Source: Heterodontus francisci (lineage: Eukaryota). Taken from it: a stretch of 64,000 nt of DNA. Below, one piece after another: positions 26,671 to 38,235 of the stretch. How positions within the stretch are numbered: position 1 is the first letter of the stretch; every line of letters starts with the position of its first letter. Under the pieces are notes generated by a model that was not told where the DNA came from, made no database searches, and saw only the letters and a program-made list of their open reading frames with translations. The DNA is taken from positions 64,343,743 to 64,407,742 of the forward strand of contig NC_090394.1 of assembly GCF_036365525.1 (NCBI RefSeq), given 5' to 3'. The position numbers were made by a program, and so were the translations under genes.

Positions 26671-27407
26671 CAGGACAATTCTACTCTTTCACAGAGATTC
26701 AGTCTGCTCCTCCAACCCTTCCAGATCATATTGCTATTCTTTGCTCCCTCCATAGTGTTTTTATATTCATTCATAGGATGTGAGTACCGCTGGCAAGGCC
26801 AGCATTTATTGCCCATCCCCAACTGCCCTTGAGAAGGTGGTGGTGAGTTACCTTCTTGAACTGCTGCAGTCCATATGGTGTAGATACATCCACAGTGCTA
26901 TTAGGGTGGGAGTTCCAGGATTTTAATCCAGTGACAGTGAAGGAATTGTGATATATTTCTAAGTTAGGATGGTGTGTGATTTGGAGGGGAACTTGGAGGT
27001 GATGGTGTTCCCATACGTCTGCTGTCCTTGTCCTTCTAGGCTGTAGAGGTCACGGGTTTGGGAGGTGCTGTTGAAGAAGTCTATTCCAGGTACCATTGTC
27101 CCTCCCACTCTCCTTCCTCTCCTACTCCACTGCTCGTAGGTTCTGCCCCTCTTCCCTCTCTCTTTAGTTTTCATCCATTTCCCCCTTTCTGCTCTCCTTC
27201 ATTGCCATCCATTTCCCCATATTTTTACTCCTTTCATTCTTTTCGATCCCCTTTTTCATTGCCATCCTTTCTTTACCACACGCAGTCGCATTCCTGTCCG
27301 AGTCCGGCTGCTAATGCACTGAACCTCCTTCCTCTCTCTCTCTATGCTAAACCATTCCAAAACCTAATGGCAGAGATTGTGTCTTTGTACACTGTAGGCA
27401 TGGCATC

Positions 27408-27640
27408 CACCTCCTGCAAGAGTTTCCACCTGCAGTGCACAAATGCACAATCCCAGCTATTAACGCTGAGAAGAGAAATCGAGGGAGAGGGGACCCAGTC
27501 CAACACATTAGCTGGGCTTGAGGAGGAGTGGGACTAGGCACAGAGTGCCCAGACTGCACTGACTTTTATTAATCACTCTGACCTAGTCCCCAAAATACAG
27601 ACTGTCAGTGTAAACCACATCTGCCGATAAATTCTCTCAG
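27408..27640. repeat. Right arm of long inverted repeat 2
   Basis: Colinear reverse complement of 26425-26670, including gtggaaactcttgcaggag / ctcctgcaagagtttccac. Confidence 0.9.
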
Positions 27641-27959
27641 AGCATCACATCAATAAGAACTCCTTGATGAGAGTGAGATTCTATGATCTCTATAAATTAC
27701 AGAGTGCTTTGTTAGCTGTTGAGTAGTATAAGCAAGATCTGCCTCCATTAAATTAGGATGAAATTAATTCTCCCTGAACCCACAATAACGGGAAAGGTAG
27801 AGATAATCGTGTACATTTGGGGGATAGAGGTGAAAATTTACCGCAAATCATTCAGCGCACTTCAGCCACTGATGAAAGTGCAATCTAACACCTAGAGATT
27901 TGTAAAATTCTCAGACCTAAAGCCTAGGTTAGCGTTCACCAGGGAAATAGCCACACATT

Positions 27960-28146
27960 GGGGGCAATTTTAACTTAACCCACCCATCGAGAAACTGACG
28001 GGATCGAGTGCACTACTGGTTTTAAGCTCCATTTGATTTTCTTTTCTTTGGAAATCAATGGAGAGTAATGTTGGGCAGGGTGTAATGCCAGCACTTCACC
28101 TGATCCCATGAGATTCCCACTGGCGACGTGGTTAAAATTCCCCCCG
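27960..28146. mobile_element. Small palindromic MITE
   Basis: Termini ggggcaattttaac ... gttaaaattccccc are inverted repeats with internal dyad symmetry. Related fragments lie near 7490, 24840 and 34505. Confidence 0.6.
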
Positions 28147-30703
28147 TTAAGTCTAGTTAAACCTCAGTTGTCCAAAAATCAGGTAGGTGAATTCTGTGAT
28201 CTTCCACGTTCTAAAAATTCAGTATCATCCTCTGTGACACAGAAATCCCAACTACATTGATGCTTAACATCATTAAGCACCTTCAGTGCTGGATCAGCAT
28301 TAGCAGTCATCAATCAAAACTGATTGAATGGCTGAGAGGCTTTACTGCGTGAGACTGATGGGGCTATCAGTGGCTCAAAATATATTCACGCTGCCATTAA
28401 GCACTTGCAGGAATTTGTCGGTCAATGAGCTCTGAAAGTCATACTACTGCTTGATAATTCCAAGATACATTGATATGCAGAGATGGCCCAATCAAGTGTT
28501 TTAAAATCTGTTTCATTAATCACATCTACAAGAGCAATAACATTTGCATTCACGTTGTGTTTCTTAACTGAAAAAATCATCCAAAGTGCTTTGCAGAGCA
28601 AAAAAAGGAACAAACATTGAGCAATGGTGATAGAGTTAGGAAAGGGAGCTAAAAGATTAGTCAAAAAGTATTAGGAAGGCTTTTAAAAATGGGGGAGTAA
28701 TAAAGAGATAAAGGACTTTGAAGGGAGATTGCTAGAGAGTAGGGGTGACACAGTCAAGGCTCTTGCCACTGATGGTGGGGCAAAGGGGACAGGAATGCAT
28801 AGAAGAGCAGAGGGTGTGGGATAGAAAGCAAGACTGGACGAGGTGGCAAAGTAGGATGAGGCAAAGCCAAAGAAACATTTGCAGGCAAGGATGGAAGTTT
28901 AAATTCAATACATTAAGGGTGGGAAACCAGTGTAGATCAGTGATGGAGTAGGACTTGGCAGAATAGACTAGATACAGATACCTGAGTTTTGAATGAGTTG
29001 GAGTTTATGGCTGTGATATTCTGCAGCATAACTTCAGAGAGACTTTAGAACTGGAATTGACTTTTTTTAGAGGGAGCAGAGAGGCTATGATATGTTAACA
29101 TAGTAGATGCGATGAGTATGCCTTTATTCGAGTATAAGTGTGTAACTTACCCTGGAGGCTTTCAGCTTTCACAAGGGTTTTTGGCTTCATGCGAAATCCT
29201 TGGAAACAGCCAATTGATCTCCCATTTGTAAGTATATAGGCATACTGTTTACGAATGCAATGCTATTGTGCTAATGAAGTGCTGCTTACGCTTATTCTAA
29301 TGATAGAGTCTTATTTAGAAGCAAGGCAGTCCATCAAACAGGATTTTTGATATTATAAAGCAACCTTCTCCCTATCGCTAATAAATAGTACAGACAATAT
29401 GCAGATTTCTGTAAAACTCCACTAGTGACTGGCCTCTGGTTGTAACCTTTTCCATTAATCACTTTCTGCTTTTCAATAACACAGTCAGTTTCCAATCAAT
29501 AATGATGTATTGTTTATGCCTTGCTATACCAACATGCTAATTAAAATCTTTTAGATTTATTAACCTAAATGTGCAACCAAGCAAAAAAAAAAATACATTA
29601 CCATTCCATTGCCTTGTAAACCCAAGTAATTCACACCCAATATAACACTTGTGCTATTTGAAATTGGCCACGTGGGAAGATTTATTTTTAGCCTGCTACA
29701 ATGATTATTAAGATGGAGTTATTGCATTGTCAGCATCAAACCACAATGAGACATTACCAGCTAAAATAAATTTGTACCACTCTGCAGCAACAGCCTAACT
29801 AATGGAACATCACTACATCCTCAATTATTGTACTTAAATTAGTGGCAACTGTTACCAAACTAGTACATTTTTACATCTTGTTATCACAGGAAATCATAGA
29901 ATTGTAGACCGCAGAAGATCATTCAGTCATCGTGCCTATGCCAGCTCTTTGAAATAGCTAACCAATTAGTCCTTCTCCCCTGCTCTTTCCCCAAAGCCCT
30001 GCAAGTTTTTCCTTTTCAGGTATATATCTAATTCCCTTCTGAAAGTTACTATTGAATCTGCTGCTCCCACCCTTTCAGTTTGACCGTGGATGATAGTTCA
30101 AAAATGAAAATTGGGAGCAATGCGTAACCCAGAAGATGAATTAATATTGTCCATTATACACTATCTCTCAAATTGAAACCTACCCCTTAAGACCCCAGGA
30201 TGGAACCAATCATTAAATTCCAATCTGAATGCATATATGCCTTAAGTTATATTTATTTGATATTATAAATTCATTTTTAGCACATATGTAGTCCAGTAAT
30301 TATGTAGCAAAATTGACTACAGCAACCAGGAGGAAGCTAAGCTGTAAGTCAGTCAGTGTCATGTGATCAATGTGTTTCATGTCTAAAGTCTGGGCATTTA
30401 ACTGTCAGTCCATGTGCCTCAGCTTCACCTTAGCTCAAATGATAAAAGGTGAAAATGATGCTGTTGCTGCATTCTCAGTCAGATCTAATTGAGGAATTAG
30501 CATTAGTTCATTTGCACAGTCCCTTTTCCCAACCTGGAAAGTATTGCCGGTGGATTGTAATCAATTGTTTCCCTGCTCGAAATGCTAGAGTGGCACTGGG
30601 TAAAAAACACAGACTGAATATATTGCAGTCCTTCTCCTCCTCCCCATTAGATTGAAGATACTTGAAGCTGCCTGTCACCTGCATTAACACTGGCAAACCA
30701 ATC

Positions 30704-33700
30704 GGGGGGGAGTTTTATGGGACCTGCAAGAGCGGGAAACGTGACAGGTGGAGTGATGCAATAAGGCAGAAGTCGAAATTTCTTTTTCCCGAAGGCAGGT
30801 TGAGAATCTGAGATGAAGTCAACGAGTTAGTCTTCACACCATCCGATGGTGTGTTCCAATTTTAAATCCATTTGTATGCAATGAATACTTATTACCTTTT
30901 AATTAATTGCAATTAAGCCCTACCTTCCAGATTAACTGAGGGGGCGGATGAGAATCTCGTGGCACCGGCTTCGTGGTCATTTTAAGGTGGCGTTCAACAG
31001 TCATTTTTGTGCAGTTGTGTCTGAAGTCAGCGGTTTAGTTTGTTGACCTCCGTGGCACAAGGAATGGATAAAGGAGAATGGCAATTTGGCTAGAGGCACA
31101 GGAACTGCGAGGGCAAAACGTGGGGAGTATTGGGTGCAGGTGAACGGAGGAGTGGCAGAGGGATCCAAGGGAGGACAGAGGGAGAGGTTGGGTGAATGGA
31201 GTGAAGTGAGAAGGGCCTAGAGTCCTGGGTGTGGTGTTGAGGGGAGACAGCAGTCAGTCAAGGTAAGGGAAATGAGGGGCCTAAATGGAGGGTCAGATGT
31301 CCACATTGGGGTCCTGTCAGTCAAACTCAGGGTGCTAGTTGGTAGAGGGAACCAACACAGTCACGGGGGAAGTCATTCGGTAGTGGCGGCAGGTCCACTC
31401 TGAGGTTGGGGTATTCAAAGGTCTTGTAAAGCAGGTCAGGGGATCAAACAAGTATTCTAAGGATAATGCGGGGAGAGTCTAGGATCAGAGGGGACATGTC
31501 AATGGGACAGGTGTAGGCTCAGGGAGGAGAGAGGGCACGTCCAATTGGATGGTGACAGGGTCTGGGATAATGGGGTTTGGTTGAAGGATTAAAGAAAGAA
31601 GGTGTAAGGTGATGTTGGGAGGGTCAGGGGTGATAGGTACAAACATGAGGGTGATAGGAGGCGGGTGGAGGGTCACGGCCTCAAGCTAGAAGCTCACAAG
31701 CACCATATTTCACAGTATCTCAAGATGCACATGGGGCTGTAAGGATTGCAGATCAAAGTGGGAGGATGCCATGGTGGGGAGGGTGGAGTTGTGTGTGTGG
31801 ACAATGGGAGGAGTTCAGCAACTCACTGCTCATCAATTCTGTGGATGAAAACATTGGACAAGGATGTGTTCATTCCCTGTCTGCCTTATGAACACAGTTA
31901 TATAGGTAAAATAACCTGGGTCTCATGTACCCAATTTTCACACAAACTCAGGGCAGGTGAGAGGATGCTAAGGAGGGCTCTTGCAACACAACAACTGAGT
32001 CCACAGCGCCAGCAGCAAGCAGTACGACAGTGCACAAATGGGAGTGTCAGCACAGCCTGCAGGTGCAGCCATGTCCCACAGACTGTTGAGTGCAAAACTG
32101 TACAGTAACATAGACATTCATTGAAATTTGATCGATGAAACTCAACATTGTTACTTCCACATTAAATGCAATGTCCGCATCTCCTCTGTAAGCATCTAAC
32201 TGTGCCAAGCATGAGGCAACCAGGAGCTCTTCGACTAAACTTGTCCAAGCAAGGTGAAGTTAATGAAGAATGATGAAGATATATTGCGCAATATTTACAT
32301 GTGACATATTTATAGTTGAAGGACAGCCATGCCACTTTCGTGCTCTCAGTAACTCTTATATTCATGTTTATGATCACTATGTCTTAGTGAAAGCCCGACA
32401 TCAGCAGCTGAGATGGAGATCGTCTGCCCAGTGTGCTGGCCCATTGCTTTTGATGATCATGGCTGGCATCCTCTGGAGGTCAGTGGTCTTGAGGGCTCCG
32501 GCCTAATGGAGGTCTCCTGCACTGGTGGGGATGTGATGGGGTCAATGTTGGAGGGGTGAGGGGAGGCTACTCACCCCAGGGGTGTCCAGAGACGGTGGCT
32601 CCGGGGCAGTTGTCAAGCACTCCTCATCCATCTGGGTGCACAATGGCACTTGAGGGGTAGGGGCACCTAGAGGAAGGTCCATGTACCTCATTCCCCCTCT
32701 CTCCTAACAACTGCTGCACTGAGCCCATGGCTAGAGCAATGGAATGCAGGTCGGAGCACATATGGGTTTATCTGGCTCATCATGGCAGTCGCCAACCTCT
32801 CCATGGATGAAGGCATGCGCTCGCATGCTTGAGACATGGCGGAACTTATGGCTTGCTTAGATTCCTCCATCACTCGCGCAAAGCTGCGCATGACCTCTGG
32901 CATCTCCGAGATATGATCCAGCAGGCTTCTTATGGCCTCTACCAGAGACCCATCATCAGCATGAGTCTCAGCAGTGGCCTAGTCCCCAGCTGTCCTCCAA
33001 GTGTCGGGGACCCAGCTGTCACAGTCTCCATCCACTACTGGAACGTGTCCATGCTGTGGTTACCAGATTGTGACTCCGATTCTAAATGCGACCCCTCCAT
33101 GCCCCACGTGGGTGTAACTGCGCTGGTGGAAGTTGATGAAGAGGCAGGTGACAATGCATCGTCTGGGACATCAGTCTCATCATCCCCAGAGGTGGAGTCT
33201 TCAGGTTCTTCACATGGCTGTAGCCTGGTCCTGGTATTGCGATGAACTGCAGTAGAGAACAAACAGAACCACATTAATGTTCATTACAGTATGAGAGCTA
33301 CACACCTCTTCACATTCCACCTGTGTGCCCAGATACCATCACCAGGTTGAATGCATTTCAATGCTTACACCTGGCCTTTCCAGCCTCACCATCTGCTTTT
33401 GGTCTTCCTCCCTCCTTTCCTGCAAGTTGCAGAGCCTCTTCCTCTGCGAGGGTGAAAAGCCTCAGCTCACGAACACCGTCTCCTGTCTTAGATCTTTCTC
33501 TAGCATTGTGTCTCTGTTTGTCCTGCATGACAAAGTGCAGAGTTATTTACATCTCAAGTAGCACCTTACCCCATTGTCTGCACGCATCTCCATCACACAT
33601 CCTGCCCTGTCAGTTGCAAGTTGAGTCCAAGCTCTCTCATCTGCCAGACTTTCACATGATTTGACCTCAATTCCCATGCGTCACTGAGGCTGACCATCCA

Positions 33701-34439
33701 TTCCAATGCCTGGCAGACCTTCCCACTCTCAAATTTACACTGTTGTTAACCCCACGAGAGACCCTTCAGTGTGATGCGACTATCACACTTACCCTGGCAG
33801 CTTGGAACAAGTCGTTGACCCATTTCCTACACTGCACCCACGTTCTCCGATGGAACCCCATGGTTGCTCACCTCCTCTGTTACCTCCGTCCAGGTCGCCT
33901 TTGTCAGGCGGGAGGGTTTCTTGGTGCCATCTTGGGTAAATAGCACCTCCTGCCTTTCCCTGACGGCCTGGAGGAGAACCTGCAGGGAGGCCTCGCTGAA
34001 CCGTGGGGCTGGTCTGTGTCTACTCATAGACCCCGGATGTGATTGAGGGAGATCAAAGACAATAAAGCCCAATAGAAAGATGAATGATGGGGGGAGAAGT
34101 TTGAATGGGGTGAGGGACAAGAATTGCTGGTCTGAAAACAATAGATACTTTACTCCGGTTCTGGAGCGAGTCAGTAATGTTGTGGCCGTGATGCCGAGCA
34201 TCCAGGTTTGTCCAGGGGGCTGTTTTATAGCCCAGCCATAACTTGTGTATTGTTAAATGATGGCAGTTTTCACCAATGTAAAGCTTCCTTCCAACACATG
34301 ATCCCACATTTCTCCCGTGCCCACCGCCGGCCCTTGATATTTTAATCACGTGGGAACCGACTCCCGACACAAAAGCGGAAGCTCTGCCCATTTCCGCCTC
34401 TGCCGTCGGGAACTGCATGCCATTAATAAAATACCACCC
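30704..34439 (-). mobile_element. PIF/Harbinger-type DNA transposon relic (Myb/SANT gene retained, transposase not recognisable)
   Basis: Imperfect TIRs gggggagttttat ... ataaaataccaccc enclose a spliced Myb/SANT-like gene on the minus strand. Confidence 0.75.
32500..34027 (-). pseudogene. Three-exon Harbinger Myb/SANT-like DNA-binding protein pseudogene
   Basis: Exon 1 (~33793-34027) MSRHRPAPRFSEASLQVLLQAVRERQEVLF...W.EV.EEV...WVQCRK..NDL, frameshifted, then gtaagt. Exon 2 (33369-33522) DKQRHNARERSKTGDG..LFTLAEEEALQLAG, with cag acceptor and gtaagc donor. Exon 3 starts at 33246 (ctactgcag acceptor), is acidic/Ser-rich and contains stops. Confidence 0.75.
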
Positions 34440-35334
34440 AAGGAGTTTAAATGGCATCAGAAACAGTGACACCAAAGGTCAATGAACCCTGAGATTAATT
34501 TAATGGGGGTAAAATTCAGCTTGGGTGGTGGCACTGAGTGGGCGGTAGAGGATTGGTTTCACATTATACACTTTATATCCTTCGCATTATATCCTCTCCA
34601 GTGACTTAATTGGTAATGACGCGCGCAACTAGAAAGGTCCCAAGTTGGGTCACCTGGTCTGTCCTGAGATTTAAACTAGGGCTGCACCGGCCTTCCTGTT
34701 CCTGAACTGGAAGTGGCAAGGAGAGGAATCTTTCAGGGAACCCACCACTGATCGAAAAACACTGGATATGCAGGTGTCAAAGCTATGCACAGCTGTACAT
34801 ATGGTTGAATACCCAGCACTCAATCTCAAAGCTACAGATGATTACAGCCACTTGGATGAGATTCATTGGAGCTGCCTGTGGAAAAACTCCACAAAACCAC
34901 AGGACAGGAGGGAAGAAAACTGGGGAATTCTCTATTTTGTAAGTATAGGTTATTCGGAAATGCACTGTCATTATTCCTTTCTGACTTTGTTTGTAGTAGA
35001 GAGAGCAGGCAAACAACTGAATTTGCAATTGCTATTTCCAGTAAGTTAATGTTCAACAGTATATCCACTATATAAAGTCCCTTCAGGCCCAGTCAACTTC
35101 CTGTTATCTTGACTATCAGGAAGCACGCTATACTATATCTGCAGTCAGATCCCAGGCACAGCGGTCTTTGCTGGTAGCTGTTCACTTATCAGATACAAGA
35201 AAACCAACATCAGAGGTTTGAGGCAACCAGAAGTTTGAAGCTGTTCTTTTGATCTCTTTAACTGGATCAGCTTTTGCAGTAGTGGCACTTTCTGTACTCG
35301 AATATCATTTGCTTACTACAACTACCTCTTTGAC

Positions 35335-35440
35335 TGTGTGTCTGTGTGATCGTGTGCGCGTCTGTGCCTGCAGGTCTCCATGTGTGTTTGTGCACGTGTC
35401 TGCGTGTGCCTGTGTGTGTATCGTGCGTGCATGTGTGTCA
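35335..35440. repeat. Degenerate (TG)n microsatellite
   Basis: tgtgtgtctgtgtgatcgtgtgcgcgtctgtg... Confidence 0.8.
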
Positions 35441-36719
35441 ACAACAACCTGTATTGATATTGCGCCTTTAACATAATAAAATGTTCCAAGATGCTTTACA
35501 GGAACATGATAAAACAAAATATCATCCTATTTTAGTTAAAATAATGATGATGTTGGCATGTACAAATCAGCTCCTTCTGCTTTCCCATCACATGCCCCAC
35601 CCCCCAAAAAAATCAACAGGCTTATTGCTTCTGCCTTGAGAAATCTGCCTCACTTCATTCATCCATGAATATTGTGCAGTGCATTATTTCTATGCTGTCT
35701 GGACATTGTTTGCTAGATGGCTGCACAATAGAACTGTTTGTGAACCATTCAAAGAATATGGTGGCATGCACCTTTAAATCGTCTCATTAACAGAACCAGA
35801 GTCACATATAACATCATCATACGGTGCCTTTCTTTTGCACATATTTTACATTTCTTGGAGGACCTAATTTTTTAATACTTTAAGGACCTGCTCCAGGTGC
35901 AAACTAGCTGTAACCAATTATGTGCGAGATTTACTAGTTCAATTGAAGTATTACCTCCTGTCCTTCAATTTTTGCAGAATACTCTTTGCGGTTTCTGAAC
36001 ACTCGAGAAACCTTTCCTTTTGGCTGCAAAATAACAGTTACCAATTTTAGTGAAGGCACTTTAATGGTTACTCCTTATCTTGATCCCTTTTTTAACCTTT
36101 ACATCACTGAGTAAAACTAACTTAATTGAGAAAAACAAAGCATAATTTAATGATTGTCACTTCAAAAGAATAAAGGAGGGCTCCTGTTAAAATGATGAGT
36201 GAATTGGAAGATTCCTTGAAGTAAACCTTCTGATTTAGTGCTTCCTGTATAAAGTTTTATCCATGGGAGAGCACAGCAATAAAAATTCAATAATAAGAGC
36301 ATTTAAGTGAGGACAATAAAAGATCCAAATGGATTCAAAATGGAGATGAATAAAATATTAAATATTCTGAATGAATAATTACTTCCTCCAAGTATTCACT
36401 AGAGATGGCCTGGGCTACTTGCCTTTCCCAACCAAGAAAAATTAATAATTTTGATATAAACGAGATGGAAGTCCAACACAGGATTAAAGGGCTCAGAGCA
36501 AATAACTCCCAACATCAATGGCATTTATCCCTGAGTCCTGACCGAGACAAGGAAGGAAATTTATGTGGTATTGACAATCATTATGAAGGAACTAATGGAC
36601 CCTGGGCAGGTCCCAGTAGATTGGAAACAGGCTAGAGTGGAATCCACATTCAAAAATGATGACGAAACAGACATAGTCAACCAACATCGCTTAAAAAAAA
36701 AATGATTCAGTTCATTTGA

Positions 36720-38235
36720 AACATAGAAAAATAGGAGCAGGCGTAGGCCATTCGGCCCTTCAAGCCTGCTCCGCCATTCAATACGATCATGGCTGATCAT
36801 CCAAACTCAGTAACCTGTTCCCGCTTTCTCCCTGTATCCCTTGATCCCATTAACCCCAAGAACTGCGGCGCAGTGGTTAGCACCGCAGCCTCACAGCTCC
36901 AGCGACCCGGGTTCAATTCTGGGTACTGCCTGTGTGGAGTTTGCAAGTTCTCCCTGTGTCTGCGTGGGTTTCCTCCGGGTGCTCCGGTTTCTTCCCACAT
37001 GCCAAAGACTTGCAGGTTGATAGGTAAATTGGCCATTATAAATTGCCCCTAGTATAGGTAAGTGGTAGGGAAATATAGGGACAGGTGGGGATGTGGTAGG
37101 AATATGGGATTAGTGTAGGATTAGTATAAAATGGGTGGTTGATGGTCGGCACAGACTCGGTGGGCCGAAGGGCCTGTTTCAGTGCTGTATCTCTAAACTA
37201 AACTATATCTAACTCTCTTTCTTGAATATAGTTAATGATTTGGCCTCAACTGCTTTCCATGGTAGAGAATTCCACAGGTTCACCACTCTCTGGGTGAAGA
37301 AATCTCTCCTCATCTCAGTCCTAAATGGCTTACCCCTTATCCTTAGACTGTGACTCCGGGTCCTGGACTCCCCCGCCATTAGGAACATCCTTCCTGTATC
37401 TAGTCTGTCCAGTCCTGTTAGAATTTTGGAGGCCCCTCTCATTCTTCTAAACTCCAGTGAATACAAGCCTAATTGGCCCAATCTCTCTTCATATGTCAGT
37501 CCTGCCATCCCAGGAATCAGTCTGTTGAACCTTCACTGCACTGCCTCCATTGCAAGAACATCCTTCCTCAGATAAGGAGACCAAAACTGCACACAATACT
37601 CCAGATGTGGTCTCACCAAAGCCTTGTATAATTGCAGCAAGACATCCTTGCCCCTGTACTCAAATCCTCTCGCAATGAAGGCCAACATACCATTTGCCTT
37701 CTTAACTGCCTGCTGCACCTGCATGTTTACTTTCAGCAACTGGTGCACAAGGCCACCCAGGTCTCGCTGCACCTCCCCCTTTCCCAATCTATCGCCGTTC
37801 AGATGATAATCTGCCTTTGTTTTTGCCACCAAAGTGAATAACATCACATTTATCCACATTATACTGCATCTGCCATGTATTTGCCCACTCACTCAACCTA
37901 TCCAAATCACACTGGAGCTTCTCTGCATCCTCCTCACAGCTCACACTCCCACCCAGCTTTGTGTCGTTGGATATATTACATTTAATTCCCTCATCCCTCA
38001 TATATTAATCCCTCATTAATATATATTGTGAATAGCTGGGGTCCTAGCACTGATCCCTGCGGTACCCCACTAGTCACTGCCTGCCACTTGGAAAAATATT
38101 CGTTTATTCCTACTCTTTGTTTCCTGTCTGCCAACCAGTTCTCCATCCGTTCAGTACCTTACCCCCAATCCCATGTGCTTTAATTCTGCATGCTAATCTC
38201 TTATGTGGGACCTTTAGCAAAAGCCTTCTAAAAGT
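36720..38235 (-). mobile_element. CR1 LINE 3' portion, interrupted by a V-SINE
   Basis: LYKALVRPHLEYCVQFWSPYLRKD, YEERLGQLGLYSLEFRRMRG, FFTQRVVNLWNSLP. Confidence 0.9.
36864..37204 (+). mobile_element. Full-length young V-SINE (HE1-like)
   Basis: tRNA head (ggcgcagtggttagc; gggttcaattc), V-domain (tgtgtggagtttgcaagttctccctgtgtctgcgtgggtttcctccgggtgctccggtttc), CR1-type tail (tgggccgaagggcctgtttcagtgctgtat) and (taaac)n end. Confidence 0.9.

Noticed and set aside
36864-36935. Possible tRNA gene
   Set aside because: It is the tRNA-derived head of a V-SINE, continuing into the V-domain and LINE tail.
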